Assembly (NCBI GenBank): GCA_048213135.1
Contig: PS015097.1
Location: forward strand, 326,678 to 390,677
Direction: 5' to 3'
Source of the DNA: Reclinomonas americana ATCC 50394
Taxonomy: Eukaryota
Length of the DNA stretch: 64,000 nucleotides
Within the stretch, counting starts at the first letter, position 1. Every line of letters begins with the position of its first letter. Shown here piece by piece: positions 41,003-53,100 of the stretch. The notes below the pieces were generated by a model that was not told the origin of the DNA, did no database searches, and was given only the letters and a program-made list of their open reading frames with translations. The translations under genes and the position numbers were made by a program.

Positions 41003-44000
41003 ATGCAGTCGCCGATTACCGCCGCCGCCGCTGGCGACTCATCGATGGAGGAAGAAGAGGACGAGGAGGCGCGAGCGTTGCAGCTGACAAAGAGGTACGA
41101 TGATGAGAGTGCTTGCTTGTACGGAAGCAAGTGTGTGTGTGTGTGTGCGCGAGTTAGTGACGCATCGCGGCAGGTACAAGCAACTGGGCGATCAGCTGCG
41201 CGTGCTCAACTCCGAGCTCGTCAAGCTGGAGAGCGGCGGATCGCAGAGCAATGTGCAGACGTTTCAGAGTCTGACGGATCAGATCTGTGCGGCACGTCTC
41301 TCGCTGGAGAAGCATCGATCGACGCTGCGCCGATTGCAGGATCAGGCGCGACGGGAGCGCCGAGATGGCGATCGAGAGCGACTGTCGCTGGAGCAGCAGT
41401 GTGCGGTGGCGTGGTCCGAGGTGCACGCCGAGCAGCGGTTTCTCGAGGACGACAAGGCAGAGGTGAGAAGAGGCAGTCGTCGCGTTCGTCACCCGCGTTC
41501 CTCACACCACCACCAGTTGCAAGCTGTGCTGCTTGGTCGTGAGGCCGCCTTTAACGAACTGGTGGAGGCACGAGCGGCCTTGGACGCGGCCGAGGCGCGC
41601 TTGAAAGAGACGCAGCAGCGACAGCTGGGTGGTTCGACGCTGGCCGAGTCGGAGCAAGTGGAGCCCACACGTTGGTCACCCACCCGCGGACCGAAACCGC
41701 TTCCACTCACGCCACCGTCGCCGACGCAGTCCACCACGCCGCGCGCGGCAGCAGTGGCGGCCGCAGCAGCCGCGGCCGCGCCACGTCCGGGCCGTGGTGA
41801 TTTCGCGTCGCCGACGTCCAACGACAGCAGCTCGCAGAGTCCGTCGCAGTCGAGTCCGCTGCATGGCGAGTTCGGCAAGACGTATCCGCACTTTGTCGGT
41901 CTCAACCCACTGGCGCCGTCGACGCAGTGGAATGGGACACTGCCGCACACGAACAAGGCGACGGATGCCATTTCGGCGCCGGTACCGCTGCGTCGTCGAC
42001 CACCGACAGAGATGGAGCGCTCGTTGGATTCGAATTTCATCGGCAGCGTGGCCGACTCTCCGACGCCCGCCACCGTGCTCTCTGTCGACGACGATGGTGT
42101 CTCTGTGTCGCTCATCAGCTCGCCCCCGTCGGTCGAAACTCCCACGTCAGCAGCGGCGGTGCGAGATGAGAAGGGCAGGCCATCGGAAACGGTGTCGTCG
42201 TCATCGACTGTGCGTGCAGTCGGTGAAGTAGTCAATGGTGCCTTGTCGACGCGCAAGCCTGAAAGTGAGAAAGCGCACGCCGCGCAGCAGTCTATTGCGG
42301 CTGATTCAACGCGATCTTCGAGCCGGCCGGCGCAGGACACAGGTGCCGCCCCGGTGCGCGACAGGCAAGGAGCTTCGAGTACAACTACTGCTGCAGCTGC
42401 CGATCCCATGCGATCATCGAGTCGGCCGGCGCAGGATGCTGGTGCCCCCGTGCGCGGTGCTGCTCCTGCGCGCGACAACCAAGGAGCACTCACAGCGCCA
42501 GCAGTAGTAGGATCAGCAGCCGATTCTACACAATCGTCGAGTCGACCGGCACAGGACGTGCGCGGTGCTGCTCCTGCGCGCGATAGCCGAGGAGCATTCG
42601 GCTCTTCTGCGGCACCAGCGGCAGCACCTGCAATTACGACTGTGCAGTCGACTCCTGCGCCGCCGCTCGTGGCACCTGTTGCGTCGGCGGTGCCGGTGAA
42701 GGCGGCCCCATCCATGGATGTTGCGTCGTCGGGAGTGGGCAAACTCGTGCCGACCAGGCACGATACCCACGACGACCCGACCGACATGTCGGCGTCGTCC
42801 ATGGTGGCACTGGAGAACTCGGATGCACTGGCCGACCCAGTCGAGGATTCGCAAATGTTTGACTTGTCGCCGACGTTGGAGTTGTCGCCCATGTCGTCAG
42901 CAGGTGGCACACCGCGAGCGGCAACCGCCGGTACGAACTTCTCCGCCACTGCCACTCACATGGAGCATGACGAGGAGGAGGAGGAGGAGCAAGAAGATGA
43001 GCAACAGGTGGAAGACGACGACGAGGAGGCGGCGGAAGTCGAGGAAGTGGGAGCTGGTCGGCACAGGGAAACCGACGCATATGTGACCGCAACACAAGGT
43101 ACGACATGTCAGAGAGGGGGACAAAGAGAGATAGAGAGAGCGGATGAAGCATGGTGGTATTCACGTGGCGTGTCGGGTGATGCAGGGGGACTTTGGCAGC
43201 CACCACACTCCCGCGCTGGTGTCTCGGGTATGTGTCACTGCTGTTGTGTCGGAGTTGCATGGCTGTCGTTTCTTACTGGTGCGCCGTGCAGCTGTGGCTG
43301 GTCGCGCATCAGCCGACTGGAAGTCGGCGACAGACAGGTCGGCTTCTTCCCACCTGTCAGGTGCGATTGAGTGACCGTTGCTCGTTGTATCTACCTCGTA
43401 TTGACTCTCGTTTCGTGTGCAGGCGCTGCGGCAGATGCCGATGCCAGCATTGAGCTGGACGTGCGTAGTGTTGACGCCAGTGCAGAGTGGCGACCGCTGT
43501 CGCGAACGGCACCGTCGCGCAGTTCGGCCAACGACGATACCGGACGCTGGAGCATGTCCATGTTGCAGGAGATGACACTCGACGAGTCGGTTCTGGCCGA
43601 GATGGCACTGACTGAGTTGGCCGAGGGTCCGACTGCTGTGGTGCGTCGCGACTTTGCCGACTTAGAGCGACGGCGACAGCTGCTGTTGCACTTGCGCGAG
43701 CAACGGCCCCTGTCGAGTGGCGAGCTGCAGGAGGTGGAGGCCTCTGCCCGCAATTCTTCTTCTTCACCTTCAGCGCCACTGCCGAAGCCATCAACGCCAG
43801 CACCGGTGCACACACAGCAGCGACCGCCACCTCCTTCACCACCGCAGCCGTCAGTGGCAACTGTTGTGGCGCCCTCCAGCAGGTCGTCGCTTCCGCGACC
43901 GGCGGCGCACTCGTTCGAGGCTCCGTATGGTGGCAGTCCGGCTCCTGCGCCGGCGGCGTCATTCGGCACGTCTTCAGTGCTGTGGTCGCCGGGCAGTGGA

Positions 44001-45277
44001 CGTTCGTCGCCCATGGCTCCTGCTTCCATTGAGCAGCGGCTGTCTGCCCTGCGTCAGCGAGTTTTCAACCGGTCCCCGACCGTGTCAATGGCGGCGGTGG
44101 TGGACGGCAGCGGCAGCGCAAGACTGCCACCGGCACCGTCGCTGTCGCCACTGCAACGGTACCCGCTGGATATGCCGCAGCAGCAGCTCCCGCCGCCGCG
44201 ACCGCTCTCACCACCAACTGCGTTGTTGCGGTCGCCGCACACGTTGTCGGTACTGGGTCGGCCGCCGTCGCCGTCGCCGGTGAATTACGCGTTTCACTCG
44301 CGACCACCGTCGCCTGGCGTGCGAGTCACCAGCGTGCTGCCGTACACGGACGCACTGGCCTCGCCTCTACCGCAAGCTCCGCCGCCTCCACAGACACCGC
44401 CGCCGACGCCGACCTACTCGTATCGCGGGCTGTCCAAGGTGACCACACCTTTCTCTTCCCGTTGGTGTTACGTGCGAAGCCTTGCCTCACTCGCGTGTCG
44501 CCGCCTTCTGCAGCCGCCACCACCTTCGGTGCCCCCCATGCAGGCTGTTATTGCCAGCGCACCATTCACCGTACGCGGCTCTCGCAGTGGCTCGGTGCAC
44601 AGTATGCCGGCTGCCGTCAGCCGCAGCAGCTCACCCGGCCGTGCCCCATCGCCCGTCAACCAATACCGCCCACAGAGTCAACAAGTGCCGCCGAGTCCGC
44701 GCCGTCAACAACAACAACAACAACAACAGCAGCAGCAGCCGTCGACTCCCTCGCGTGGGGCGTCGCCGATGAAAAGCGAGGCGCACTTTTCGGAGCTGTA
44801 CAAGACATTTTTGCGCACGCGGAGAACGCTGCATACCACGTCGTCGAGGTGCGTGGATGAAAGAGAGAGAGAAAGAGAGAATGAAGGAGGGGCGGGCCAG
44901 GGAGGCTTCGCTCACTTCTCCTCTTCCTGCGCAGCCCTCTGGTGACTGTGGAGAGTCGACCATCGTCGCCCGTGACGGTCAACTCGGTGGCTGCGGTGCC
45001 GCTCCAAGTCGTCACACCGCGATCGCGAAGGAGACGGGGGTCGGCTGCCTCACGACCAAGTGTGCATGAGCAGCAGACGGCCCCGTTGCCGCCTCCTCAA
45101 CTTGGCTACAATGCGGGCGGTGGCGGTGGAACGACGACACCCAGAGAACGCGAGTCAGCTCGGTCGACCGCGGCTCTGGTGGCGTCGGTGGTGATGCACA
45201 TGAAAACGGAGGCCGAGATCAATCGCGAGCGGATACAGGAGAGGAAGCGACGGAAGTCCACATCATGGAAACCCTGA
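41003..45277 (+). CDS. Large Ser/Pro-rich disordered protein with N-terminal coiled coil
   Basis: Long ORFs 41100-43370 and 43371-44945 joined by GT-AG introns; heptad-like region YKQLGDQLRVLNSELVKLE...LDAAEARLKETQ; TGA at 45277. Confidence 0.7.
42297..42600 (+). repeat. Three diverged coding repeats AADxxxSSSRPAQD..GAAPxRDxxGA
   Basis: Visible in both DNA and protein of ORF 41100-43370. Confidence 0.85.
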
Positions 45278-45556
45278 GTGTATAACAACAGTGTGTTACA
45301 GAGTAGAACAGTTGTTGGAACTTTTGTTCCCTTCCCAGATTTCCTCATTGACGGTCACAACAAGAACGGCCCCTGGTGACCGGGTGACGGGTTTCTCGAC
45401 GGAGCAAGGGTAAGGGGTCAAGGGTAAAGGAGTATAGAACACCTTTAAAGTCACACTACAAGGGCAAGGTATAGAAAGATGGGTAGGGAACAAATAATCT
45501 AACAAGGTGTTAACTTGGTTGTCCCACTCGCTCAAGTTACAAAAGTCCGTCTCACC

Positions 45557-46489
45557 ATGTCGCTTGCCGCCAGCGATCCGTCTGTGCTCTACAAGATTGT
45601 GGACTTTTGGTGTGTGCTCTTCAACGTGGTGAAGGCTCATCGTGTGGATTCCTCATTGTGAGCAGGTTTGGAGAGGCTGGATCGGAGACCTATGGCAACA
45701 ACCGGCGCGAGTGGTGGGGCAACTCGTGGGATGAGCCGCTGCGTGAGCAGTTTGGCGAGCAGGCGGTGGAGGCGGTGTTGAGCGGTGAGACAACTTGAGC
45801 TTGTTCTCTCTCTCATTCTCTCTCACTCTCTCTCTCTCTCATTCTCTCTCACTCTCTCTCTCCCTCCCTTCTCTCTCGTGACGAATCTCACACACATCGG
45901 AGGCACGGCAGGCGCCTTTGATGATGTGATCAGCCGCGATCCGCTGGCCGCCCTCGGCGCCGAGCTCATTCTTGATCAGGTACGCGCTGCTCCTCTTTGC
46001 CTCCTGCAGCGCTGCGGTTCCCTCGCTCCCTCCTCAACAACAATGTGAGTATCAGGTGACGCGATGCATCTTTCGCGACACGGCACGCATGTACAGCGGC
46101 GACGCAAAGGCGGCGGAAATCACCCGTGTTGGTGTGGCCAAGGGCTGGCACGACGAGCTGGCACAGCGTTTCACCCCGCACCACCGCTTCTTCTTCATCA
46201 TGAGCCTCATGCACTCGGAGGCGAGTGCCACGAGATAGTGCACGCTGTCGTTTTTGCGCTGAGCTCATCGATCTCTTTCTCGCACTGCGTGCAGGAGGTG
46301 GAAGACCAGCGGCTGCGATTGTCCATGGACGAGTCGCCGGGTCTGGCGGCACGCAATCACGCGCGCATCGTCGAGCGCTTCTCCAGGTTCCCGACGCGCA
46401 ACGCCATTCTCGGCCGCGAGTCCACGCCGGAGGAGGTGGAGTTTCTCGCCAAGGAGTGGACGAGCTTCATGAAGGAGGAGGGATACTGA
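45557..46489 (+). CDS. DUF924 family protein
   Basis: IVDFWFG, LILDQVTRCIFRDTARMYSGD, FFIMSLMHSE..DQ, HARIVERFSRFPTRNAILGRESTPEE. Confidence 0.92.
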
Positions 46490-46562
46490 GCACGCGCGCG
46501 GTGCCACACTGCAGCAAACCACACATGAATGAGACATGATTATGCAATATTATTACCCACAA

Positions 46563-49080
46563 CTAGAGCAGCCCACTGGAGGTGGCGAGCTGCACAACTT
46601 CGGTTTGTTCCATGGCCCACTTTCTCCACAGTGGGCTGCTGCAGAAGCGCGGGAAGCTATCGGCGCGCAGCGTGCGCATGACACTCTTCAACGCCGCGTC
46701 GAACATGTCGAGATAGCCGTTTACCACGTCAGCGACCGACGAGAACGATCCCGCTGCTGCTGGCAAGGACGCCGCGTGCATCTCGTCGCCAAACGCTCGC
46801 CGTACGCGATTCAGAATGCTCCCAGACAGGTTGAGCTCACTTGTGCCTGCATGACAGACGAGGGGAATGAGAAGAGAGAGAGAGAGAGAGAGTGAGAGAA
46901 AAGAGAGGAGAGAGAGAGAGAGTACACGAGGTCTTCGGTTTCGCCTCACCATCGGCCTTTAGAAAATCGTCATAGATGGCTTTCGCTGCACGGTGAACGT
47001 CGGCGACAGTCTTTCGCTGTGGGCCACGAAGAGTGGGCACATATATATAGAGAATGAAGCACCTCGTGAGCACGATCCCACCTCTCGTAATCTCTCCACC
47101 GCATCCACAAAGGCAAGGTTTTCCACACTGCGCACAACAACGGTGAGCAAGGACCGAAAGAGAGAGAGAGAGAGGGAGTCGGCGCACCTGAACTCTTGCA
47201 CAAGGTACCTGCGGCAGTGTCCAGTCACAGACAATGAGAACAAAGGAAGGCACTTCACTCCACACTGCAGTCGGTGGTGACGCAACTGGCGAAACACGTG
47301 TCGCGCCTCGGGCACAGACATGATAAAGTCGAATTGCGCCACCGGCAGCGCCAACAGCGAGTGCTGCAACGAGTCGTGCTTGCCGGTGGTCGTCTCCTTG
47401 GTCTCCCAACACAACAAGAGGCGCCACCGCCCCTGGCCGGCCAGCGGGACCACCACCGGTACGATTACTTGCATGACGGCATTCGACGGGATTAGCACGA
47501 CGAGACTGACGAGGTAGCCGCCGCTGACGTAGCGACTATAGTCCACAAAGATGATGGCGGCACCGGCCACAACAAGCGGTAGGGTGATGGAGGCGAGCAC
47601 GAAGAGTCTGCGTGCAGGCAAAGGAGAGGGTAAATGAAAAAAACGACGGCGGGCACGGGAGACGGAAAGGACAAGAAACGTAGAATTACGCAGAAAAAAA
47701 GAAGGTACACGCAACTCCACTCGATTGGAGAACACGTCACGCACGTGTCGAATGGCAAACGCCATCTGCGACGCCGTCGAATCAGTTGTCGCGCGCGGTG
47801 CGAGAGGCAAGTGGACAAACAAATGAATAGATGGCGTACCACGATTTGCATAAGCGTGAGCACCAGATAGCCGCACGCTGCAGCAAACGAGGCGTACTGG
47901 AGTGCACTGACTGCACGATCGGCAAATGTGCACCAAGTCGTCAATTCGCTGACACTCGCGGTGGCCGCCGGTAGTGCAACCTGCAGCAAGCAAACCGCCA
48001 AAAATATCAGCGCCACGCTGTAACGAGATTGGCGCCTCATCAGACCACGCAACAACTGGCCCGACAAACACGGTCACCAACAGGATTTCAAGCAGCAGCA
48101 GCAGCAGCAGAACACCAAAGAGAAGGGCGACAAAGCTCTTTTCGCTACACACAGGGGTTCAGCCAGCGTCCTCACGAGGGCGGGGGAGAACAACTGACCT
48201 CCAGCGACGCGAACGCTTCAGCTGCATCATGCTCGAGTCGTGCGATTCCGAGCTGGCTCGAGCCCTGCCCGCCTCGAAAACGATCCACAAACGAATGCTG
48301 TGCACGTTCAGTGAGTGATGCAGTCAGAGACACGCTACGTACATCACAAGTCGGCAATGCACGGAACGCTCGGAGCTGCGTGCGGAGCAGTCAGAAAACG
48401 AAACGACGGTCACGACTCTTGACTGGGGTGGATCACACACCACGGGCACCAGCAGCAGGCCCTGGAGGAAGACAATGTACGACAGCGAGATGAGCCACGG
48501 CTGCGGAGGAAACGCTGCGCTGTGAGTTGCGTGCTGCTGGTGAACACGAGAGCACCACGAAAGCACAGACCGATGCGGATGACCTGAACACAGCGAGCCG
48601 GCCGAGGGCTTCCATCTCTGGCGCACTGGCGGTGAGGAAGCCGATCGAGAGGATCGCAAGAACGAGCTGTTTGTGCGGGAAACAAGTGAGAGGGCCGGGA
48701 GTGGATGAGAGTGTGTGCGTGATCGTGCATGCAGACCTGGATCCACAACAGCATGCGTGATCGGGCGCGCATCATCATGGCGTGCTCTCGGCGGGTGAGG
48801 AGCACGTGCACAATGACCACGAGGCCGAGAAGCGTCAGTGACAGCGGATGCACGCTGTGTGTTCGGGTTGGTGTGGTCGGTCAGGAGGAGGAGAAGATGC
48901 GACGAATGATTGAAAGGGATGCGCTTGTGATCGCACGTGTGTGTGTGAGCGTGCGCGCGTGGATGTGTGTGTGCACACTCACACATGGGCAACATCAACA
49001 GACGAGTCCAGCAAGCCACTATTCTGCAACGTGTAGGCCACCTGCCACCGGAACTCGCAGTCCGCAAACTGCCCAGACAT
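46563..49080 (-). CDS. Multipass (7TM-like) membrane protein with C-terminal RGS domain
   Basis: Several hydrophobic segments, then RGS motifs FRQYLVQEFSVENLAFVDAV, AKAIYDDFL, ELNLSG, MFDAALKSVMRTLRADSFPRFCSS. Confidence 0.88.
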
Positions 49081-49244
49081 CGTGGCGACAAAACGAGCGT
49101 GATAGCACAGCTTCCCTCCCCTCCGTGTGCTGGTACGTGCAGCCGGCGATGTTTTCACTCTCGGTTTGTACGAACTTGTCCCACTGTCGCTGCGAGGCTC
49201 TCCTCGACGTTAACAACTTCTTTTCTTTTACTTAATAACATCTT

Positions 49245-50163
49245 CTAGCCGCCTGGCGTATCCGCGGCCCCCAACAGCGGCACCTTGAGTGAGGCCGAGC
49301 GGTCTCGCTGACCCGCCGTGACCACCACATCGGACGCCACAATGCCCGTGGTGAGCAGCGGCACCGGGCCAGGTGACAGTGTGGTCTTCCGTTGTTGCAT
49401 CTCAACGCCGGGAAGGGAGACCGCAGAACGGTCCACATCTGAAGGGCGTGTACGCACAATGGTCAGGGCGACGTGGGTGCATGGAGTCCTCACTCCCTCG
49501 CTCTATAGATCTCACCACTGTCGTCCACCTCCGATCCACTGTCGTAGGCCTCGGTGCCATTGGTGCGGGTGAGACTTCGCCGCCGTCGTCGACGGCAGAA
49601 TCGCACAACCCAGCGACCGTAATCGTAGAGAATTGGACTTGCCAGCACCAACGACGCGAAAAGCAGCAGAATGAGGCACGTCCAGTTCTTGAAGCCTTGC
49701 GATGTCTGCGAGGTGAACACGGTGGCAATGACGACCAGCGTGCCGAGACCGACCGTCTGCGCCAAGTGGCAAGCATGAGCACAAACATCGCCATCGTCAC
49801 CATCATCATCACCATCGCGGCGTACCTCCAAAATGTTGTCAAGACGTCTGTTGTAGGCCTGAATCCACAGATGCACCGCCAGGAATCCCACACAAACCAG
49901 CCACAGCGAGAGCGAGAGCGTGTTGAGGCTGCCGACAGCGGCGAGTGGATACTGAACGGCCAGGAGAATGATACGGCGCGTCAATTGGTACCCTGGGTGA
50001 CACATGGTGGGTGAGGGATCGCGCACACGGATAAGTTGGAGCGGCATACCTTGGTACCACACCACCTGCGGTTTGAACTGGCTGTACATGCTGCCGTACA
50101 GGCGCATGGTCTGCGAGTGATGTTGAGAGAGGGAGAAGGAGTTTGAGGGGACGAGAGAAGAAG

Positions 50164-50195
<32 letters not shown>

Positions 50196-53100
50196 GAAGA
50201 ACAAGAACAAGAAGAGGAAGAGGAAGAGGAAGAGAAGAAGAAAAAGAAGAACAAGAAGAGGAAGAAGAAGAACAAGAAGAGGATGAGGAAGAGGACGAGA
50301 GAAGAGGAGGAGGAGAAGAAGAAGAAGAACAAGAAGAGGAAGAGGACGAGAGAAGAGGAAGAGGAAGAGGAAGAGGAAGAGGAAGAGGAAGATGCAGAGG
50401 ATAGGTGACCTTTAAGAGAGAGAGAGAGAGAGAGAAGAAGAAGAAGAAGAAGAGAGAATGGACGACAACAAACGTGCAGCAACAGCCCAAGAGCTGCCGT
50501 CACACCGCGGAAAAACAAGGAGGCAAAGAAAGCAGAGGAAACATGCAGTGCAGTGGCGCTGACCAACAACTGCAGATAATATCACACCAGACATGCACCA
50601 AGGGAATTGAGAGAGGATCAAAGCAGCACACACTGAAAGAGATGCCGTACACAGGAGACAGACTAAAAAAAGAAGAGAGAATGCACGTTTACCAACACGT
50701 GGAGGAACTGTTGCACCGACCCCACAGCAGACGGAAAGATGCGGAGAAGATGAGACAAGCGCACTGAAAGGAAACGAGTGGAGAGCATGAGCGTTGATTA
50801 ACAGGAAACAGCAGTCGTGCCAGTGGCCTAAAAAATCTCGGACCATTTCCTTGCCTCAACCCTTCTGCTACTGTACCAGCAACGCACCTTTTCGTCATCC
50901 AGTCGACGCTGTCGCCGCAAGCGGAGAGTGAGAACGACGATGAGAATGGGGGCGGCCAGCAAAACGAGGCCCAGTATGACAAAGACGGCAATGAGTTTCA
51001 TCCACCTGCACACAGAGCGCGCCGTCAGCACCATGTATTCTAAAAAAATGCAACATCGCGCGGTAACGGGCACGCAACACTCCCTCGTAGCAAACGATGC
51101 TCGGCGAGAAGAGCATCAACTGCGACTGGCCAACCTTGGTGCACGCGAAAAACATAATCGCGGTGTCGACCAGGCCTTCGTAGGCGCCCACCAAAAGCAC
51201 AACGGTGGTGGTGGCGTAACGGAACGGCGTACCCACACGACCAAACCAGCGCACAAAGCGCGTCCAATACTGACGTCGATGCTGGAAGCGGTGGTCTTGC
51301 ACGCACCACCGGTTCATGGCGACGGCCAGGAGCTTGTGCGCGGCAAACGTGATCCACACCAAGGCCAGCGACATGAGCGGCGACAGGATGCGCAGAATGA
51401 GATCGCCAACGGCCGTGATTTGCAGCGGACAGCCGGCGTGAATGCGCGGAATGCGGAAAGACATGAGCGAAGTCAGCGCCTCCAGCTCCACTTCCGGATA
51501 GAAGAGCAGAGCGGTTGTTTGCAGAGTGAAGATTAGCATTTCGGCACTCGCTGTGGCGAGGGGGGAGGTGAGAGAAGGCGGTGAGGGGGGAGCGCGCGGG
51601 CAACAACACAGACACACACAAAGAGAGAGAGAGAGAGAGACAGGTACCAACCTCCACTGCCACCGCCCTGGAAGAAAACGTGCACGATAATGACAAAGCC
51701 CCACATGCGCGCAAATACCCACAGCCGGGCCAGGTGGCTGGTGCTCTCGCACTCGATACACTCGCCCTCCCAGTGCGAGTATCCGTCCTGCCACAACGTG
51801 GTGAGCTCATGAGCATGCCGCCATCCCTTCCTCTTCTCTACGTGACGCACCGCACATGCACCACACATGGGTGAGCTGGGCGACCGATGTGATGTCGTCG
51901 TACAATAGTTGGTGCCGGGAGCAAATGCCTCGCCGCCAGTGGCACAGTAATCGTAGGGGCACAAGTAGACGTGGAGAGCGCCGTCGGGAGGTGGCAGCAC
52001 GATTCCTGAACTCGGACCGCGGACAGTAGCTGGCTGGAACTGCCAGTCGGCAGACACCGGGAACGACCAGTACCCGGACTGCACAAACAGATCGGTACCG
52101 CCCTGGCACTGCACGTGCGGTGGACAGGAAACACACTGCTCGCCAAACACCGGCAGCGAGTACTGGCCCTTCGGGCACGACACGCAGCCTTGACCTGTCT
52201 GGTACGAGTATCCTGCCGGGCACGCTGTAACGTTCATCGTCATCAGCGGCGGATTCACAAACGTGCCGCCAGAGCTCATGCTGACTTGAATGGCAAAGCC
52301 GTCTGGCACAGATCGACTACCGGAGCGCACGTGAGAACGCGACGTCATGGTGGTGGTGGTGGTGTTGGCGTCCGCTACCACAGTCAGATCGAAAGTGGCG
52401 ACTCCATCACGTGTGGCCTGTGACTGCTGCTGATCCTGTAGTGGAGATTTCAGCACGTTGAACAAAGGAGAAGAGATCGTTTGTGAACACATTCGCAACT
52501 CCCGAATTGCAGGCGCCACAAGCAACATCGAACAGCATGCCATCGAGAGTGGACATGAGTTGACCAAAGCTGTCTTCCGCTTGCACGAGGACGACACGTG
52601 GCGTAGCTGACGACGGGTACGACACGGAGCTGTTGCTGGTGGACTCTTGCACGTTGACCGTGTAGATTGCTGTGCGAGAAGTCAACATACGAGGAGGAGG
52701 GAAAAGGGGAAAGAGAGAGGAACAAAAGAGATAAGAGGAGGGGGAGAGGAAGAGAAAAGATAAAGGGAGGAAGAGCGGCAAAGGAGAGGAAGAAAAAAGA
52801 GGAGAGGGAGAGGGAGAGGCGGAGAAGGAGTGGAGAAGGAGAGGAAGAGAAAAGATTAGGGAAGGAGAGCGGCAAAGGAGAGGAAGAAAAGAGGAGGAGA
52901 GGGGGAGGAGGGAAAGGAGTGGAGAAGAAGAGGAAGAGAAATGTTAAGGCAAGGAGAGCGGGAAAAGGACAGAAAGAGAGGAGAGCGGGAAAGAAGAGGA
53001 GGAAAAAGAGGAGATATCGACAACTACCGCCAGTAATATCCTCTCTATCTCTTTTCTTCCTTCTCTCTCCGTCGCGCTGCTGCAATGCTAGACAGAAACA

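Noticed and set aside
41489-42955. 488-aa antisense ORF and similar long shadow ORFs
   Set aside because: Expected opposite GC-rich coding exons; no motifs.
45296-45640. 114-aa minus-strand ORF / possible ncRNA in the lower-GC spacer
   Set aside because: It overlaps the DUF924 first exon, and no recognisable protein or RNA motif is present.
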